DNA from: Takakia lepidozioides | Taxonomy: Eukaryota; Plantae; Bryophyta | Assembly: GCA_030704615.1 (NCBI GenBank) | Contig: CM060731.1 | Location: 79,112,001-79,176,000 of the forward strand | Length of the DNA stretch: 64,000 nt | Direction: 5' to 3' | Shown: positions 24,133 through 37,628 of the stretch, piece after piece | How positions within the stretch are numbered: the first letter of the stretch is position 1 | Layout of the letters: each line of letters begins with the position of its first letter | The notes under the pieces: generated by a model | Database searches by the model: none | What the model was told of the DNA's origin: nothing | The model's input: the letters and a program-made list of their open reading frames with translations, nothing else | Program-made: the position numbers and the translations under genes

Positions 24133-27100
24133 ATGGCAACTTCAAATGTGTCTATATCTGGCAATTGGCCCTCTGGGTTTCGGGGGATACATAATAATTT
24201 TCCTCCTCTTCTTCTGTTCAGCTATCACTGTTTTTGGTTTCCCTTCCTCAGAAGCCCTCTAGAACTCTTGCGAACTTTCGTCTTCTCTATGTTAGCGAGT
24301 CTTTATTCATTAATTCTCACGCCGAGTTGTTGTTACCCATGATTTTACAGGAGAGTTAAAGATACAAAGAAGGACATTTGTTAGGGAGACTATGGCTGCA
24401 GGCCTGCTTGTTTGCACTGCTGCACTTGCTGAGACAGCTGTGGAAGAGCCTACCAGTAAAGGTTCTCTCTCTCCCCTAAACAATTGAAGGTTTGTGACAA
24501 GTTGATTGAAGAGGTGCAGTCAGTGTTGAAGGGGTTGTCTTGTTCATCCTGCGAGTGATTTTTTCATTGGGGTGTGTTGAAGGGGTTGTTTTGGTTGATT
24601 TTTTCATGGGTGTGATGTGTAATCAGGACTTAATCTTGCCAGGTGATCCGTTTATATTTTCTACTCACTATGCCCAGCACAGAGATATAATCAGACTAAG
24701 CCTTCTCTAGCCTTTTTCTCCGAAGGTGTTTGGGACAAGGCAGAAACAAGGTGGATGGAGACATAACTTATGGGAAGAGAGGAAACTTTACGGAGGAAAC
24801 AGCAATTATGAGAAAGAATTTGGTTTTCTTGGACAGTGATTATGTGGTAAAGTTGTTGCCCTGACCACTCTCTACCTCACAACAGGGCTTGAAAAGCTAC
24901 CCTTCAAGCCAGAAGGCTACAACTACTGGACATGGCAAGGACATAAAGTGCACTATGTTGTGCATGGCCAGGGGTCCCCAATAGTGCTCATCCATGGGTT
25001 TGGTGCATCAGCTTATCATTGGAGGTATGTGAACGATATACACTGTCCTATTCTTTTGTCGAGTGCGAACCGCAATAACATACATATTCATTTTCTCCAG
25101 GCTGGGAGGGGAGGAAAAAAGAGAGACAGGCAGAAACTTATGTTGTGACCTTAGATTCTCTTAGGCCCCTCACACAGCTGGATGGATGTACGGCTAAATT
25201 AGAGGAAACAATGCTCGTACTGTCCACACAAATGTCCATCTACCAACAGCCAATTGGCTGACTTCCTCAACATGGTTGTCTTAAGGGCCTTCTTATTACT
25301 CCAGATGTGGCAGTCGACCTTAGGAGAAACCTAAAACCGATTAGGCATTTTGTGCTGCACAGGTACAACATCCCAGAGCTGGCAAAGACTCATGCAGTAT
25401 ATGCGATAGATCTTCTCGGATTTGGGTGGTCGGAGAAAGCACTAAGGGACTACAGTGCATTTGTGTGGCGAGATCAAGTGGCTGACTTTGTTAAGGAGGT
25501 AGTGGGTCAATCTGCTGTCCTAGCTGGGAACAGGTATCTTGTACATTCTTCAATCAGTCAAAGCTTTTTACAATCTAAATGAACAACCATCACCTCAGGA
25601 GGGACAGAGATCGAAAGAATGAAAGAAACAAATAAACTTCACGATGTCCACAGGGGGCCCCATGGGGCAGTATAGATGCAATGGAAATCAGTGTCCTTGA
25701 AAGAAGTTCTAGACCCAAGCATGTCAACAGGTCCTTAAAGCAGCTGCTTTGAGTCTCACAGATGTTATGAGGGCATGAACTGGCCACCACTTGGGAGCAA
25801 GAGATCTCAGGGACTTGCATTTCAAGTGGTATGCAAGCAAATTCAGCGAATAAAATATAGGGTGGTGTTGTGCGTCTAGCCCCAATCATTCGTTGAAGGC
25901 AAGATGTCTCCTACCAGGAATTGGGACCCCAGGGGCCCAGATTGACAGCCATAAATATAGGAGTTACAACCGATTAAAAAAGCCACTGCTTGTGGGAGGG
26001 TGTCGCGGATGAATTTGTTTGCATTTTCCTTGGAGATGAAGAGTGGCTTTTCATGCATGAAGACTTCAATTGCAGAAACAGGCAGATTGACAAAAGGACA
26101 GGCTCCCTCCCCAGATATGTGTACATATCATTTAACAACCATGATTTTTTTCTGGTTGAATAGGAATCTCCGATCCACCATGCCATTAAATGCCATAATC
26201 TTGGTTCGTTATGTCCACAGGAGGCTCAAAGGGCCTAAGAGACAGCTTGTGGGAAGCAGGCAAGAAATGAAATGAAATAATATAATATAATCAAAGAGCT
26301 TCTGGGACAAATGAAAGCAGGATACATTAAAGAAAATGGTGCCCCTATGAAGCAGCTTGAAAAACACGATTCAACTTTGAGAGAGATTCTCTGAGGGGGA
26401 GAGACTCATGTCGACATTGGACAAAAAGCAGCATACAAGAAAGAACCAAAGAACTACTGAAGTACTTCGCCACAAGGGGAGAGAAGAGAGAGATCGTTGT
26501 GTGTATGTGTTTCCATTCAGTGATGCAATAATGCAACTAAATGACTTCTGTATGCAGTGTGGGAGGATTTACAGCGCTGATGACAGCAGCTGGTTACCCA
26601 GACCTTGTCTCGGGGTTGGTGCTGTTGAATGCTTCAGGCCAATTTGATAGTTCAGCATCTCCAGAGCAACAGCAAAAGATGTTGGAGGAGACAGCACAAG
26701 AACAGGTGATAGAAGAGTCGGCATTGCAGAGGCTTATAGTCACCCCAGCAAAGACGTTGGTACGCAAGTATGCCATTTTCTTTGCTTTCTGGCAAGCGAA
26801 GCAGCCTGCGCGAATCAAATCCGTCCTACAAAATGTGCGTCACTTTCTGTTTTCTGAAGGAGGCTCCCCTATGTTTAGTGCATCAAGAGTTTCAATGTGG
26901 TTAGTCAGGTCCTACATGCAGCCAAGACATAAAACTCCATTGCGACCATGTTCTTGCCCCCCTCGCCTGTCTCTTTCTGTCCACCTTCCCACATCTACTT
27001 TCTTCTCGGAAGACCTGTATACTTGCATGTTAACCAAACTTAAATGTCTAAGACTGCTCCACAGCTCATTTCTGACACTTTGAGGACTTGATGGACAGGT

Positions 27101-27792
27101 ATACAAGGATCAAACAAATGTGGATGAGTATCTGGTGCAATCAATTGTCCAGCCCACCAAAGACCCTAATGCTGCCGAGGTTTACTACAGGTCTGGTTTG
27201 AACCATGGACTAAAGCAGAATTGTTTGTTCCACTAAGACTGGGCGAGGGGTCTATGGCCTATGGTCTATGGCCACAAGGCTACGGCAAATGTCTCATGAG
27301 TACATTCTCTTATCTCCTTTCCCTATCACAAAAAATTCTGAAAGCTGTCAGTCAAACTCAAAAATCAGCTTATGAGTTCTTTGTGCCCATTCTTTCTAGA
27401 AGAGACAGGAAAGAAATCAGTAGCTTCAAATGTCAGACCTCAGTGGTTCTCTCCTATGTTGCAGAATCTGGCTGGGTTATACCTCCTGAAGTCTACTGTC
27501 CCTCACTGTGTATATGGCTATGGTGGTTGGGTGCAGGCTGATGACACAAATACTATTCCAGCCTTCAAATCTTACATTGAATAAACTGCTAAGCCAGCTC
27601 TCATGTCCTCTGTTGTTGTTATGGGGTGACCTTGACCCTTGGATGGGGCCCACCAAGGCTGACCAGATCAAGAAGCTCTACCCACAGGCCACGATGGTGC
27701 GTTTACAAGCTGGGCATTGCCCACATGACGAAGCCCCTGCACAAGTCAACAATGCCTTGCTCAACTGGGTTTCTTCTCTCAACTCCAACTAA
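24133..27792 (+). CDS. Alpha/beta-fold hydrolase (pheophytinase-like family), probably plastid-targeted; multi-exon
   Basis: Exons ~24351-24456, ~24886-25024 (LPFKPEGYNYWTW..LIHGFGASAYHWR), ~25363-25533 (YNIPEL..DLLGFGWSEK..LAGN), ~26558-26833 (S-VGG nucleophile elbow GNSVG; LVLLNASG), ~27099-27191 (VYKD..DPNAAEVYYR) and ~27538-27792 (LLWGDLDPW..AGHCPHDE). The start and first exon are less certain. Confidence 0.9.
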
Positions 27793-28567
27793 TGCTTGAT
27801 TTTGTGGACATCAGGCCCATTTTATTCTGATGACCTCTAGCTTTCTTTTCGATCTCTCTCTCCTGCTTCTCATTGCAGCTGATGTTTCAAACTGCTTAGG
27901 CCAAATATATTACACTGTAGGGTTCAACAGTGAGTGCAGATTACTAATGCATCACGCAGTTCAGCAAGAACTTCAGGTGCACGATAGGACTATTAGTATT
28001 AAAATGGTTGATCTGCAAGTGGATGTATTTCCTATGCTGCCCCTAGGATGTAAAGGGAGTCAGCTTATCCAAAGGGAATTTATATCAGATAAGGGGAGGA
28101 AATCCCAGGTTAATGCACAGGAGATATCGGAGAAGCATGAAGGGCAAACAAGTCACGTAATTTCAGACTTTATGTTGAATGCTGCAATCTTGACTTCCAG
28201 TACACTGATGCACTATTGTGTATGACTGCATCACAGGCAAAACATCCATTCACTGGAACTCACACTTGAATGCATAATATTTTACTCCAATACTCCAAGA
28301 AGAATGTCTGCATACTGGACTTGCAGGCTTCATTGGAAATTTTGTGCAAGATCTTGAGGTCGAAATTGCTTTTGTCAAGTCGCTTTGTGTTCGTAGTTGT
28401 CCCATGGGCCTCCTATGGTCCTTTTTCTCCCTGAACCCTGGAGGATGTATTGAATTTGTGCATTTTTTTTTCTTCTGTATCCGAGGAAACACCAGCCCTA
28501 GCAACTAGTCGCAAAAAGTAGGTTTTAATTGACACATCCATTTCACCTTGGTTGTGGTGTATCTCAG

Positions 28568-28727
28568 TGACATTGTGAAGCACCTTTCACTTCCGCCTGC
28601 GAAGCTACACTGCAGCATGCTTGCCGAAGATGCAATTAAAGCAGCTGTGAAAGATTATCAGGCCAAGAAGGCAAAGAGGGAAGAAGGGTCCAAACCCCAT
28701 GATGGAATTGCTGCAGCAGCAGCCTGA
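28568..28727 (+). pseudogene. Orphan last exon (followed by 3' UTR) of an ISU/IscU gene
   Basis: DIVKHLSLPPAKLHCSMLAEDAIKAAVKDYQAKKAKREEG..AAAAA* after a tctcag acceptor. No upstream ISU exons are seen between the hydrolase stop and this exon. Homology to ~15170-15775 (inverted) covers ~28540-28985. Confidence 0.85.
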
Positions 28728-29263
28728 ATCTGCAACTTCCCAGAGTTTATGTAGATTGCTAGACGGCATTCTTCTCATGCAGAGAAAATGGAAAATAACA
28801 ACAGAAGTGAAGAACCATTTGTGGGATTTAGCCTTCGTAGTTGTTTGAGAGAAGGAAATTTTTTATCTAGCCATTACCTACTTTAGAGTACAGTCCATCA
28901 GTGGTTGTCATCACACTTTTGTCAAAAGGGTTTCAATCTACCCTGATCAACTGCTGATCTAGTGCTCATTCCTCAAGAGACATAAGTTAGAGGGCAGCAA
29001 TTTTTGTTTTTCACATAAACATTAATCCTTAACTATTATAATGGTTGATATGAAACATTTGACATTTCAAAGAGAGATGGCACACAGAGAAGAGAGAGAG
29101 AGAGAGAGATGTGGTGTTGGTGAATCAAGGGAGTCTGAGTTGGTGCCAGTCAAGGTACACTCCATAGCAACCGTCATACTGAGATCTGACGAAGTAAGGC
29201 TTGGGAGGACAGCTTCAAACCTACTTACTATAATGCAGCACCGCAGGCTGAAAAGGAGCGGGC

Positions 29264-32200
29264 ATGGCAAGGATCGCAAAAGTTCGGGAAGAAGCAGCCA
29301 GGGCAGCTAGTAAAGTACGCGTGGTATGCGTGGCATCCTCCTCCACATGTTCCCTTAGGACCTCGGGATGCCTTCACAAGCTTTCCAAGACTGGCACTGT
29401 TCTTAGAACTTCAAAAAGGTATGGAATGTGCACTTTTCACGGGACCCTTGTGCACTTTCCGAGATTTCCTTCAATTAGCTCCAAGCCCATTGAGGGAAAG
29501 TGGAGACCAGTAGAGGAGGAGCAAGGATGCCGCTCACGCAGATATGCTGAAAGCGGAAATGCAGACGTGGAGAAGATTTCGAAGGAATATTTTGCAGACC
29601 CCAGTTTATTGTGGGCCAATCGAGACAGAAAGAACCATTCTAAAGGACCAGATTTCAAGCACGAGAGTTCCAACGAGGCACTATGGATTGACATCTACAA
29701 GAACATTGAGTGAGTGGATGGTGAATTGCAGGAGCTGCATGCAGCAAGGGCCAAATATTCAAAAAATTGGAAATACATATGAGGAGAGGCTTTGGAGAGG
29801 ATGTCTCCCATACCAAAGTCAATTGTGGGACAATCCAGGCAGGAGAGTCCATCCTAGAGGAACAGAATTCAAGCAAAAGTGTACCAGCGAAAGACTTCTA
29901 CGTGTAGATGGTGACTTGGAGAAGCTTTGGAGAGGATATCTCCCAAGCCAAAAGAACTGGTGGGACAATAGAGGCCGACACGTCCACCCTAGAGGAACAG
30001 ATTTCCAGGGAAAGGATACCAGCCAGGGGCTATGGATTGAAAGCTACAAAAAACTTGTTTGCCAACATAGTGAAATTGCAAGGCTGGATGCAGCGAGTGG
30101 AAAACATCAAAAAGTTGAAATTACAGAGAAGGAGAAGCTGTGGAACAAATATTTTTCAAACCTCACTCAATGGTGGCACAGTCGAGGCAGAGATATCCAT
30201 CCTAGACTACCAGATTTTAAGCACAAGAGTACCAACAAAGTGCCATGGGTTGAAAGCTACAAGAAGCCTCCATGGGTAGATGGTCGATTGAAAGCAGAGC
30301 CAATAAAGTTATGTGGGTCCATCATGACAACCGTTTCTGAAAGGTGTGGGGATGTGAGGACACTATGTAAGGCAGGACAACTGAAAGAGGCATTGCAGAT
30401 TATGAAGCAAGGAGGCATTCCGGCAGACTCCAAAACTTATGTCAGTCTCTTGCAGGAGTGCATTAAGATGAGAGGCCTATCAGAGGGAAAGCAGGTGCAT
30501 GCCCACATTATCCGAACTGGATTTAAGCCAGATATCTTTCTAAACAACACCCTTGTCAACATGCATGCCAAGTGTGGGAGCATTGTGGATGCACGCCTTG
30601 TATTTGACAAAATTCCTGACCGAGATTTGATTACGTGGAATACAATGATAGCAGGATATGCAAAGCAGGGATATTGTCAGGAAGCCTTTGAAACCTATGA
30701 GCAAATGATGCGGGAAGGGGTGAAGCCCGACCGGGTCACTTTTGTTTGCGTGCTCAAGGCCTGTGCTAGCTTGGCAGCCCTGGAAAAGGGCAAAGAAGTC
30801 CATGCTGACATCCTCAAAGCTGGAATTGTAACAGATGTCATTCTGGACACTGCCCTTGTTGATATGTTTGCCAAATGCCGGAGTATCAAGGATGCAAAGG
30901 GATTGTTTGACAACATGGCTGAGCGAAATGTGGTGTCATGGAATGCAATGATCGGAGGATATGCTCTGCATGGGTGTGGGATGGAGGCTTGGGATACTTA
31001 TGAGCAGATGATGCGCAATGGGTTGACTCCCAACCAGGTCACATTTGTTTGCATTCTCAAGGCGTGTGCCAGCCTGGCAGACCAGGAGAAAGGCAAAGAC
31101 ATCCATGCTGCAATCATGAAAGCTGGAATTGTACCAGACATCATTCTGGACACTGCCCTCGTGGACATGTATGCCAAATGCGGGAGCATAGATGATGCAA
31201 AAGTAGTATTCAACAATATGGCTGAACGAAATGTGGTATCATGGAATGCGATGATTGCAGGATATGCCCAACATGGGTGTGGTATGGAGGCTTTGAAGAC
31301 CTATGAGCAAATGATGCAGGAAGGAGTGACAGCTAACCAGGTCACATTCACTTGCGTTCTCAAGGCATGTGCCAGTCAGGCAGACCTAGAAAAGGGCAAA
31401 GCTGTCTATGCTGACATTGTGAAAGCTGGAATTGTGACAAATATCATCTTGGACAATACCCTCTTGGATATGTATGCCAAATGCGGGAGCATCGAAGATG
31501 CGAAGGGAGTGTTCGACAATATGGCTGAACGAGATGTGGTCTCATGGAATGCAATGATTGCAGGACATACCCAGCGTGGGTGTGGGAAGGAGGCTTTGGA
31601 GACCTTTGAGCAGATGATGCGGGAAGGGGTGAAGCCCGACCGAGTCACGTTCATTTGCATTTGCAATGCTTGTGCCAGCCTGAGAGCCCTAGAAAAGGGC
31701 AAAGAGGTCCATGCTGAAATTTTGAAAGCTGGAATTGTGCCAGATATCAATCTGGAAAATACCCTCGTGGACATGTATGCAAAATGTGGGAGTATCAAGA
31801 ATGCAAAGGGAGTGTTCGACAATATGGCTGAACGAAATGTGGTATCATGGAATGCAATGATTGCAGGATATGCCCAAGCTGGATGTGGGATGGAGGCTTT
31901 GGAGACCTATGAGCAAATGATGTGGGAAAGGGTGAAACCTGACCAGGTCACGTTTGTTTCCGTTTGCAATGCATGTGCCAGCCTTGCAGCCCTGGAAAAA
32001 GGTAAAAAGGTGCATGCTGACATCATGAGAGCTGGAATTGTAACAGATGTCATTCTCGATAATACCCTTGTTGACATGTATGCCAAATGTGGGAGCATCG
32101 AGGATGCAAGGGGAGTTTTCAACAATATGGCTGAACAAGATGTGGTGTCATGGAGTGCGATGATAGCAGGATATGCACAGCATGGTTGTCACAGGGAGGC

Positions 32201-33155
32201 CCTGCATCTATTTGAAGGAATGAAAAAGGAAGGCCTGAAGCCAAACAGTATCATCTTCATATGTGTTCTCTCTGCATGTAGCAATGGGGGCCTAATGGAT
32301 GAAGGCAGGCACTACTTTCAGTCCCTGAGAGATCATGGTCTGACTCCTACCATGGAGCACTTTGGCTGCATGGTCAACCTTCTTGGCCGTGCCGGGCTAT
32401 TGGATGAGGCAGAGGACTTCATTAACAAAATGCCAATCGAACCGGATGTTGTGGTGTGGAAAGCCTTGCTTGGTGCCTGCAGAGTTCATGGCAATGTGGA
32501 GGTGGCAGAACGTGCGGCAAAATCTATTCTCGAGTGGGATCGACAGGACACTGCAACATATGTGTTGCTATCAAACATCTATGCTGCAGCTGGCAGGTGG
32601 GATGAGACTGAAAAGGTGAGAACAATGATGAAGGTCAGAGGTGTCAGTAAGAAGCCAGGTCACTGCTGCATTGAGGTATAGGACACAAACCAAAGCACAT
32701 CCAGGAGTTGAGGAAATCTATGCTGAGCTAAGCAGATTATCTGGGCAGATGAAGGAGGCAGGGTACCTGTCTGTCATGCGCTTTGTATTGCATGATATGT
32801 GGAGGAGCTTAAGGAAATGTCTCTTTGCCACAACAGTGAAAAGCTCGCTGACAATTGCTTTTGGGCTCATCAACATGGCCCCCAGGATGCCTCTCCATAT
32901 CATCAATAGAAGGTCAGGTGGTTAGAAATCTGGAATTCGGACCCCATCGTCAAAGACACCAACATGTTTCCAAAGGGGAAGAGGATAGGAACGCTAGTCT
33001 CACGAGACCATTCAGCGACCAAGTTTTTGATTCATGGCTAGACAAGGCGACGTTTTAGAGCCAGGTAACTGTCTCTTGCAAGTCTTTTCTTTTCTGCAAG
33101 TCAGCTCTTTCACCACGTTGAAGATGGGCTCTGTTCTTGTGGGGAGTACTCGTGA
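29264..33155 (+). pseudogene. PLS-class PPR-E-DYW gene with N-terminal OSB-type PDF repeats, disrupted (PPR core open ~29770-32681)
   Basis: Transit-peptide-like N-terminus, 4 PDF-like repeats, 5 P1 motifs in PLS triplets, then P2L2S2, E1/E2 and KKPGHCCIEV. Lesions: TGA at 29711 where the paralogue has W, an extra A near 29765, a stop at 32679 and a frameshifted DYW (HPGVEEIYAEL..HNSEK..IAFGLI). The DYW tail FHHVEDGLCSCGEYS* lies at ~33108-33155 beyond a ~200-bp unrelated stretch. Confidence 0.85.
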
Positions 33156-33672
33156 AATGATGGATTTCCTGTAAGACGTGAGTGTATTGCTTCTTTTGTT
33201 ACAACTACACATCTGTGTGCTCTGTTCCTTGGGAGTGCTGGCAAGGTTATTATTTGGAGTTTCTCAGTGGAAAACTTTCCAAGAACTGATTGTGGAGTCT
33301 ACCCACCTAGAGGTGGAAACTCAACCTGTGCATGTAGTCTGGCATAACATGTGCTACATGCATTAACTGTTGATATACAGTACAGTCTAGATGCTGGGAA
33401 CCAAAACATGGATGCCTGTGCTGCTGCTTTAGCTCCTATTTGACCAAGGATGTGACAAGTGGCTGTCGCTGGGGTGCCCAGTCACGTCTCAAAGAAGGAC
33501 AGACAGAGTTCTTACATTTCCTATACCAACAGGTTGCCAGGCAAGTGTTGCAGTGCAGGGTGGATCTTTGTATGCTCTACGAACTGGGAAGGCAGGTATG
33601 TGTGGACCGTTTACTATCCCTGATTTCCTTAGCAATCTCCCATCCAATTTCGTGCAACCATAGACATGTCTA

Positions 33673-36600
33673 GGGTAGAAGCACCGTTCATGGCGATTGT
33701 GCCCCTCTACGACACGATAAGCTATGACGGGGTGGTGTGAAGACGCTCCTTCCACGGTGCATAACTGCTACAGCTGCACCTATTATGAAGCAATGTATAC
33801 AGTAGTCAACGTTGCGCCATAAAAGGACTACCTCCTGACATCCAAAACGATCTTCGTGGGACCACCATGTGATGGAAGATAAGCCACCATAGGAACCCCC
33901 AAATATCCCTTCGTTGTGATACAAGACCCTGTGCTGGCCTATTCCTATTTGAGCTGTAGTAAATGCCATTTGAGCAATCACGAGACCATTTGAGCCTATG
34001 ATCACAGAAATTTGCAGGGCCAGCCGTCTGTCTTTGAATCACCATACAGTGCCAGATGTGCCACCATAAAAAAAAAATAACACTAATAAATGGGCATGAT
34101 AAGTTGAGTTAATTAGACTGCCCAAAACTGTGCCATGATTGGTGTTATTTACCACCATGCAACGTGCACAGCTGCACCACATTGGATAAAGAATGAGCCA
34201 ACACCAGATCATAAGACAGATGTCCTTATAATTAGAGATTTATTGATCGAACTGACCTGAACTCTGTACTATGGAATTATGTGGAGTTGTTACTTAAAAG
34301 AATTGGAGGCTGAATTAATTCCGTTGTCAGGCAACTTGCCGTGTCTTCAACCTGTGCGTTCAAATTACAAAATTGCAGTCATATAATCTCCCGCCACACA
34401 CTAGCAAACATTTGAGATCCATGTCTTGTTTCACTCTTTATACAAAAATTAGCTCCATGGCTGGGATGGGGAAGTCTAGATACTCATGTGTGGATTGCTA
34501 CAGGAAGATAGTGGTTGCCTCTGATAGATATCTCCCAACAGCACATTGCAAATGTCCGCTTATACTTAGGTTCCATCTTTCATTGATTGCGCCACCGAGC
34601 TATTTGTTGTCGATGCCCACGATACAGATTACTATCTGCTTACATGTGTTCTGTGAATACTAACATTTGCATAGAGGTGAACATTAGTGATTCAGATGGT
34701 GAAGTCTGTAGTGATGAAGACATCTGCAGTTGAATCAATTGTCTCAATATAGATACTAGATACTACCACTGTAAGCTTGAATTCCGAGCAACTTGTGCAC
34801 ATATTTGCTTCAGGCATGATTTGGTGTATTAGTTTTTTTAGTCTTTATTTATTTCTAAGCATTACGAGAGTGCATCGAGAACATGCAATAGTTGTATCAC
34901 GATTGAAAAGTAGTCTACCTAATCACGATGACAAATTGATGACGGTATACTAGATCAGGTCCCAGAGTTGTTCAGAGGGCTACTGCGATTCAATCTGAAT
35001 TATGTGAGCCCAGTGACAATGTTTCGGTCTCTCCTCCAAAGGTGCCTACTTCGTGCAAAAGATCTCGATCATCCGTAGTAAGTACTATTACACGCGAGCC
35101 TATGATTTCGAGAAAAAACAGGTACAAGCTCCAAACGTGGAAAATGGAAAGAAGAGACAATGATGGCAGCCATAGAAGCGATTGAAAATGGTGAAGTTCC
35201 AAACATCTGTGCCGCAGGAAGACAATTTGGGATTCCAGATTCCAGTATTAGAAGATGGATGTATGGAGTTACTACTACCAAAAAATCTGGAATGAACACC
35301 GTGTTGATAACTGAGGAAGAAAAAGAATTGGTGGAATGGATGTTGCAGTGTCAACAGGCTGGGACATGTATCAATTTAGCTATGCTATGAGTTAGGGTGA
35401 AGGAGATAACCAGCGATCGTCCTACACCATTTGTGAATGGAATGCTGGGAAGGAGTTGTGGAAATGGTTTCAAAAAAGACATCTTGAAATTGTTCAAATA
35501 GCCGCTGAAGGGTTGGAGAAGTCAAGTGCGCAAAATGTATGCGCAGAAGTGATAGGTCCATTCTACAAAAATTTGGCATCGATCTATTCACAATCCCACT
35601 ATCAGTCGACGAACATATGGAACTGTGATGAAACTGGTATACAAGCTGGAAGGACACTGGGTATGAGAGTGTTTACGGTGTGCTTCCCAAAAGCAGAGAA
35701 TGGCTCACCATAGTGGTATGTGTAAACGCAGTAGGTCATTCCACTCCAAATTTTTATGTTTTAAAAGGGAAACAAAGAGTACCCAGACTGAATTTCATAG
35801 CCTGTTGTGAAGCGGGTGCAGCAATGGCGACTCAACCAAAAGCTTGGATGACAGCAACTTTGTTTGCCGATTGGCTTCGGCATTTTCAACGCAATGTTCC
35901 TGGCAGCATGTATGTCGATAATAGACATTTGCTCATTTTGGACAATTGCAGTTCTCACATATCTGCGGATGCCATCAGCTTTGCCTCAAGTGTAGGACTG
36001 GATATTCTAACAATTCCTGCACACACCTCTCACAAATTGCAGCCTTTGGATGTTTCTTGCTTCCATCCTTTCAAACATTATTTCAAGCTTGAACGCAGTT
36101 TGTTCATGATGAAGCACCAAGGAGAGGTTGGAAAAGAACACCTAGCTTCTTTGGCGAGCAAAGCACTGCAGCGTGCACCGACGGTGAATACCATTGCAAA
36201 TGGATTTAGGAGAACAGGCATGTGGCCATTAAATCCAAATGCCTTGGATGGAGATTTTGGACCTAGCGAAGATGTGAATTCTAACGACAGAGGGCCTTTG
36301 GATCGAGATGGTGTTGTGCATATGGATCCTACAAATCATGTCGATGCAGAGGTGAATGTGTTCGATGACAATGATGTATATCGACCTGACCTTTCATTTT
36401 TTGTCGATACTCACTTGTAGGAACCACCTTAGATGGGGGTTGATAAGTCATCTTTGACGATACGCCTGTGTCTATCATACCCGAGACTCAAACCATGATT
36501 GAAGCTCCTTGTACTTTGGGTGTGGGACATGACATGCATATACGGGCAACTGTGGATCAGCCTCCTCATTACAAATTGCTGGAAGTGCGATACTAACTAG

Positions 36601-37392
36601 CTTTGAGTACCAACAACATTTGCGAAATAAGATTGAACGCAAAGCGGCTGCTATAGCATAGAAAGAAAAAAAAAATCGAACAGCAGACTGCTGTTGCACA
36701 AAGAAAGATGGATGCTGAAGCAAGACGTGTTGTGAAAGAGACCAAGGCATTGGCCAAATTAGAAGAAAAGAAGTTGAACCTGTGGTATGCTCAGCAAGAT
36801 CTCATCTTTATCAAATTTTTCAGGGCACAAGTGTTGCCGATAGATGCATACAGACCAAAATTGCTACCGAGTTTTGTAGAAGCCACGAATGCTAGAGCCC
36901 TTCGTATCCAGAAGATGAAATTGCAGCGATCAAGGATCAGAGAGGTAGGATAGAGAAATTGTTTCAAATTGACTCTTTCTTGTGACATTAATCTGGATTG
37001 AATTTCATGATCGGCACAATCTGCTCCAGCAAGGTTCAAGTCAAAAAACCTTGAATGCTGCGTGAAGCAATACTATCGCGCGCCACGATGGGGCCTTAGA
37101 CACACCGTTTCATGGCATTTGGTTGCACCGCGTTGCAAACTACCTACACAGACTTCACATCCATCGACATCACACCTCGAACCTTAGCAGCCATTTTTAA
37201 GAGGACCACGCCACAACCTGACTTGGACCCCCACGATTGGTTTGCAAAATTAAGGGTTTTTAATGATAGAAATTGGAAAAATTTTTAACTAAGCAAATTT
37301 ACTTCAAGTAGAGAGCAATCCAATGAGATTAATTTCATCCATTTTAAGGAAAATTTGATATGCTTGCTGCGCCATGAACGGTGCTTCTACCC
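33673..37392 (+). mobile_element. Full-length decayed pogo-type (Tc1/mariner superfamily) DNA transposon, 3720 bp
   Basis: Perfect 23-bp TIRs GGGTAGAAGCACCGTTCATGGCG (33673-33695 and 37370-37392) flanked by TA TSDs (33671-33672 and 37393-37394), with an internal broken transposase. Confidence 0.95.
35102..36953 (+). pseudogene. Pogo transposase pseudogene (HTH_psq, CENP-B HTH, DDE_1)
   Basis: Fragments MMAAIEAI..RQFGIPDSSIRRW, LITEEEKELVEW, WKWFQKRH, IWNCDETG, LLILDNCSSH and HTSHKLQPLD. There are 35 residues between the 2nd and 3rd D (DD35D). Multiple stops and frameshifts. Confidence 0.9.
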
Positions 37393-37628
37393 TACTGCTG
37401 AGGCTCCCATTCTTTTTCTAATGTTGGTCCCGCACACTGCCGCTGTTTCTGTTCTTCATCTCTTTTGGCACAAGAAAGCTGCCTTTGCACAGGGGTAGCA
37501 TGCCGACTAACCAATTGAGCACCTTGGTATGTGCTTCGGCCGTTCACCATGGTTTTCCCTCTTACTGGTCCTCTTAAAAATGGCTGCTAAGGTTCGAGGT
37601 GTGATGTCGATGGATGTGAAGTCTGTGT
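37146..37628. repeat. Perfect 63-bp inverted repeat (37146-37208 / 37566-37628) straddling the right TIR of the pogo element
   Basis: acacagacttcacatccatcgacatcacacctcgaaccttagcagccatttttaagaggacca is the exact reverse complement of 37566-37628. Confidence 0.95.

Noticed and set aside
29544-29765. N-terminal ~70 aa of the computed 1045-aa ORF
   Set aside because: Comparison with the paralogue shows the true frame here is that of ORF 29264-29713; this stretch is out of frame.
30540-32138. Series of repetitive minus-strand ORFs (MLSNNPFASLILRHL...)
   Set aside because: Antisense shadows of the 303-bp PLS triplets of the plus-strand PPR gene.
33532-33594. Exon-like AG...GT segment just left of the pogo element
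   Set aside because: Too short to assign to any gene family, and no partner exons were identified.
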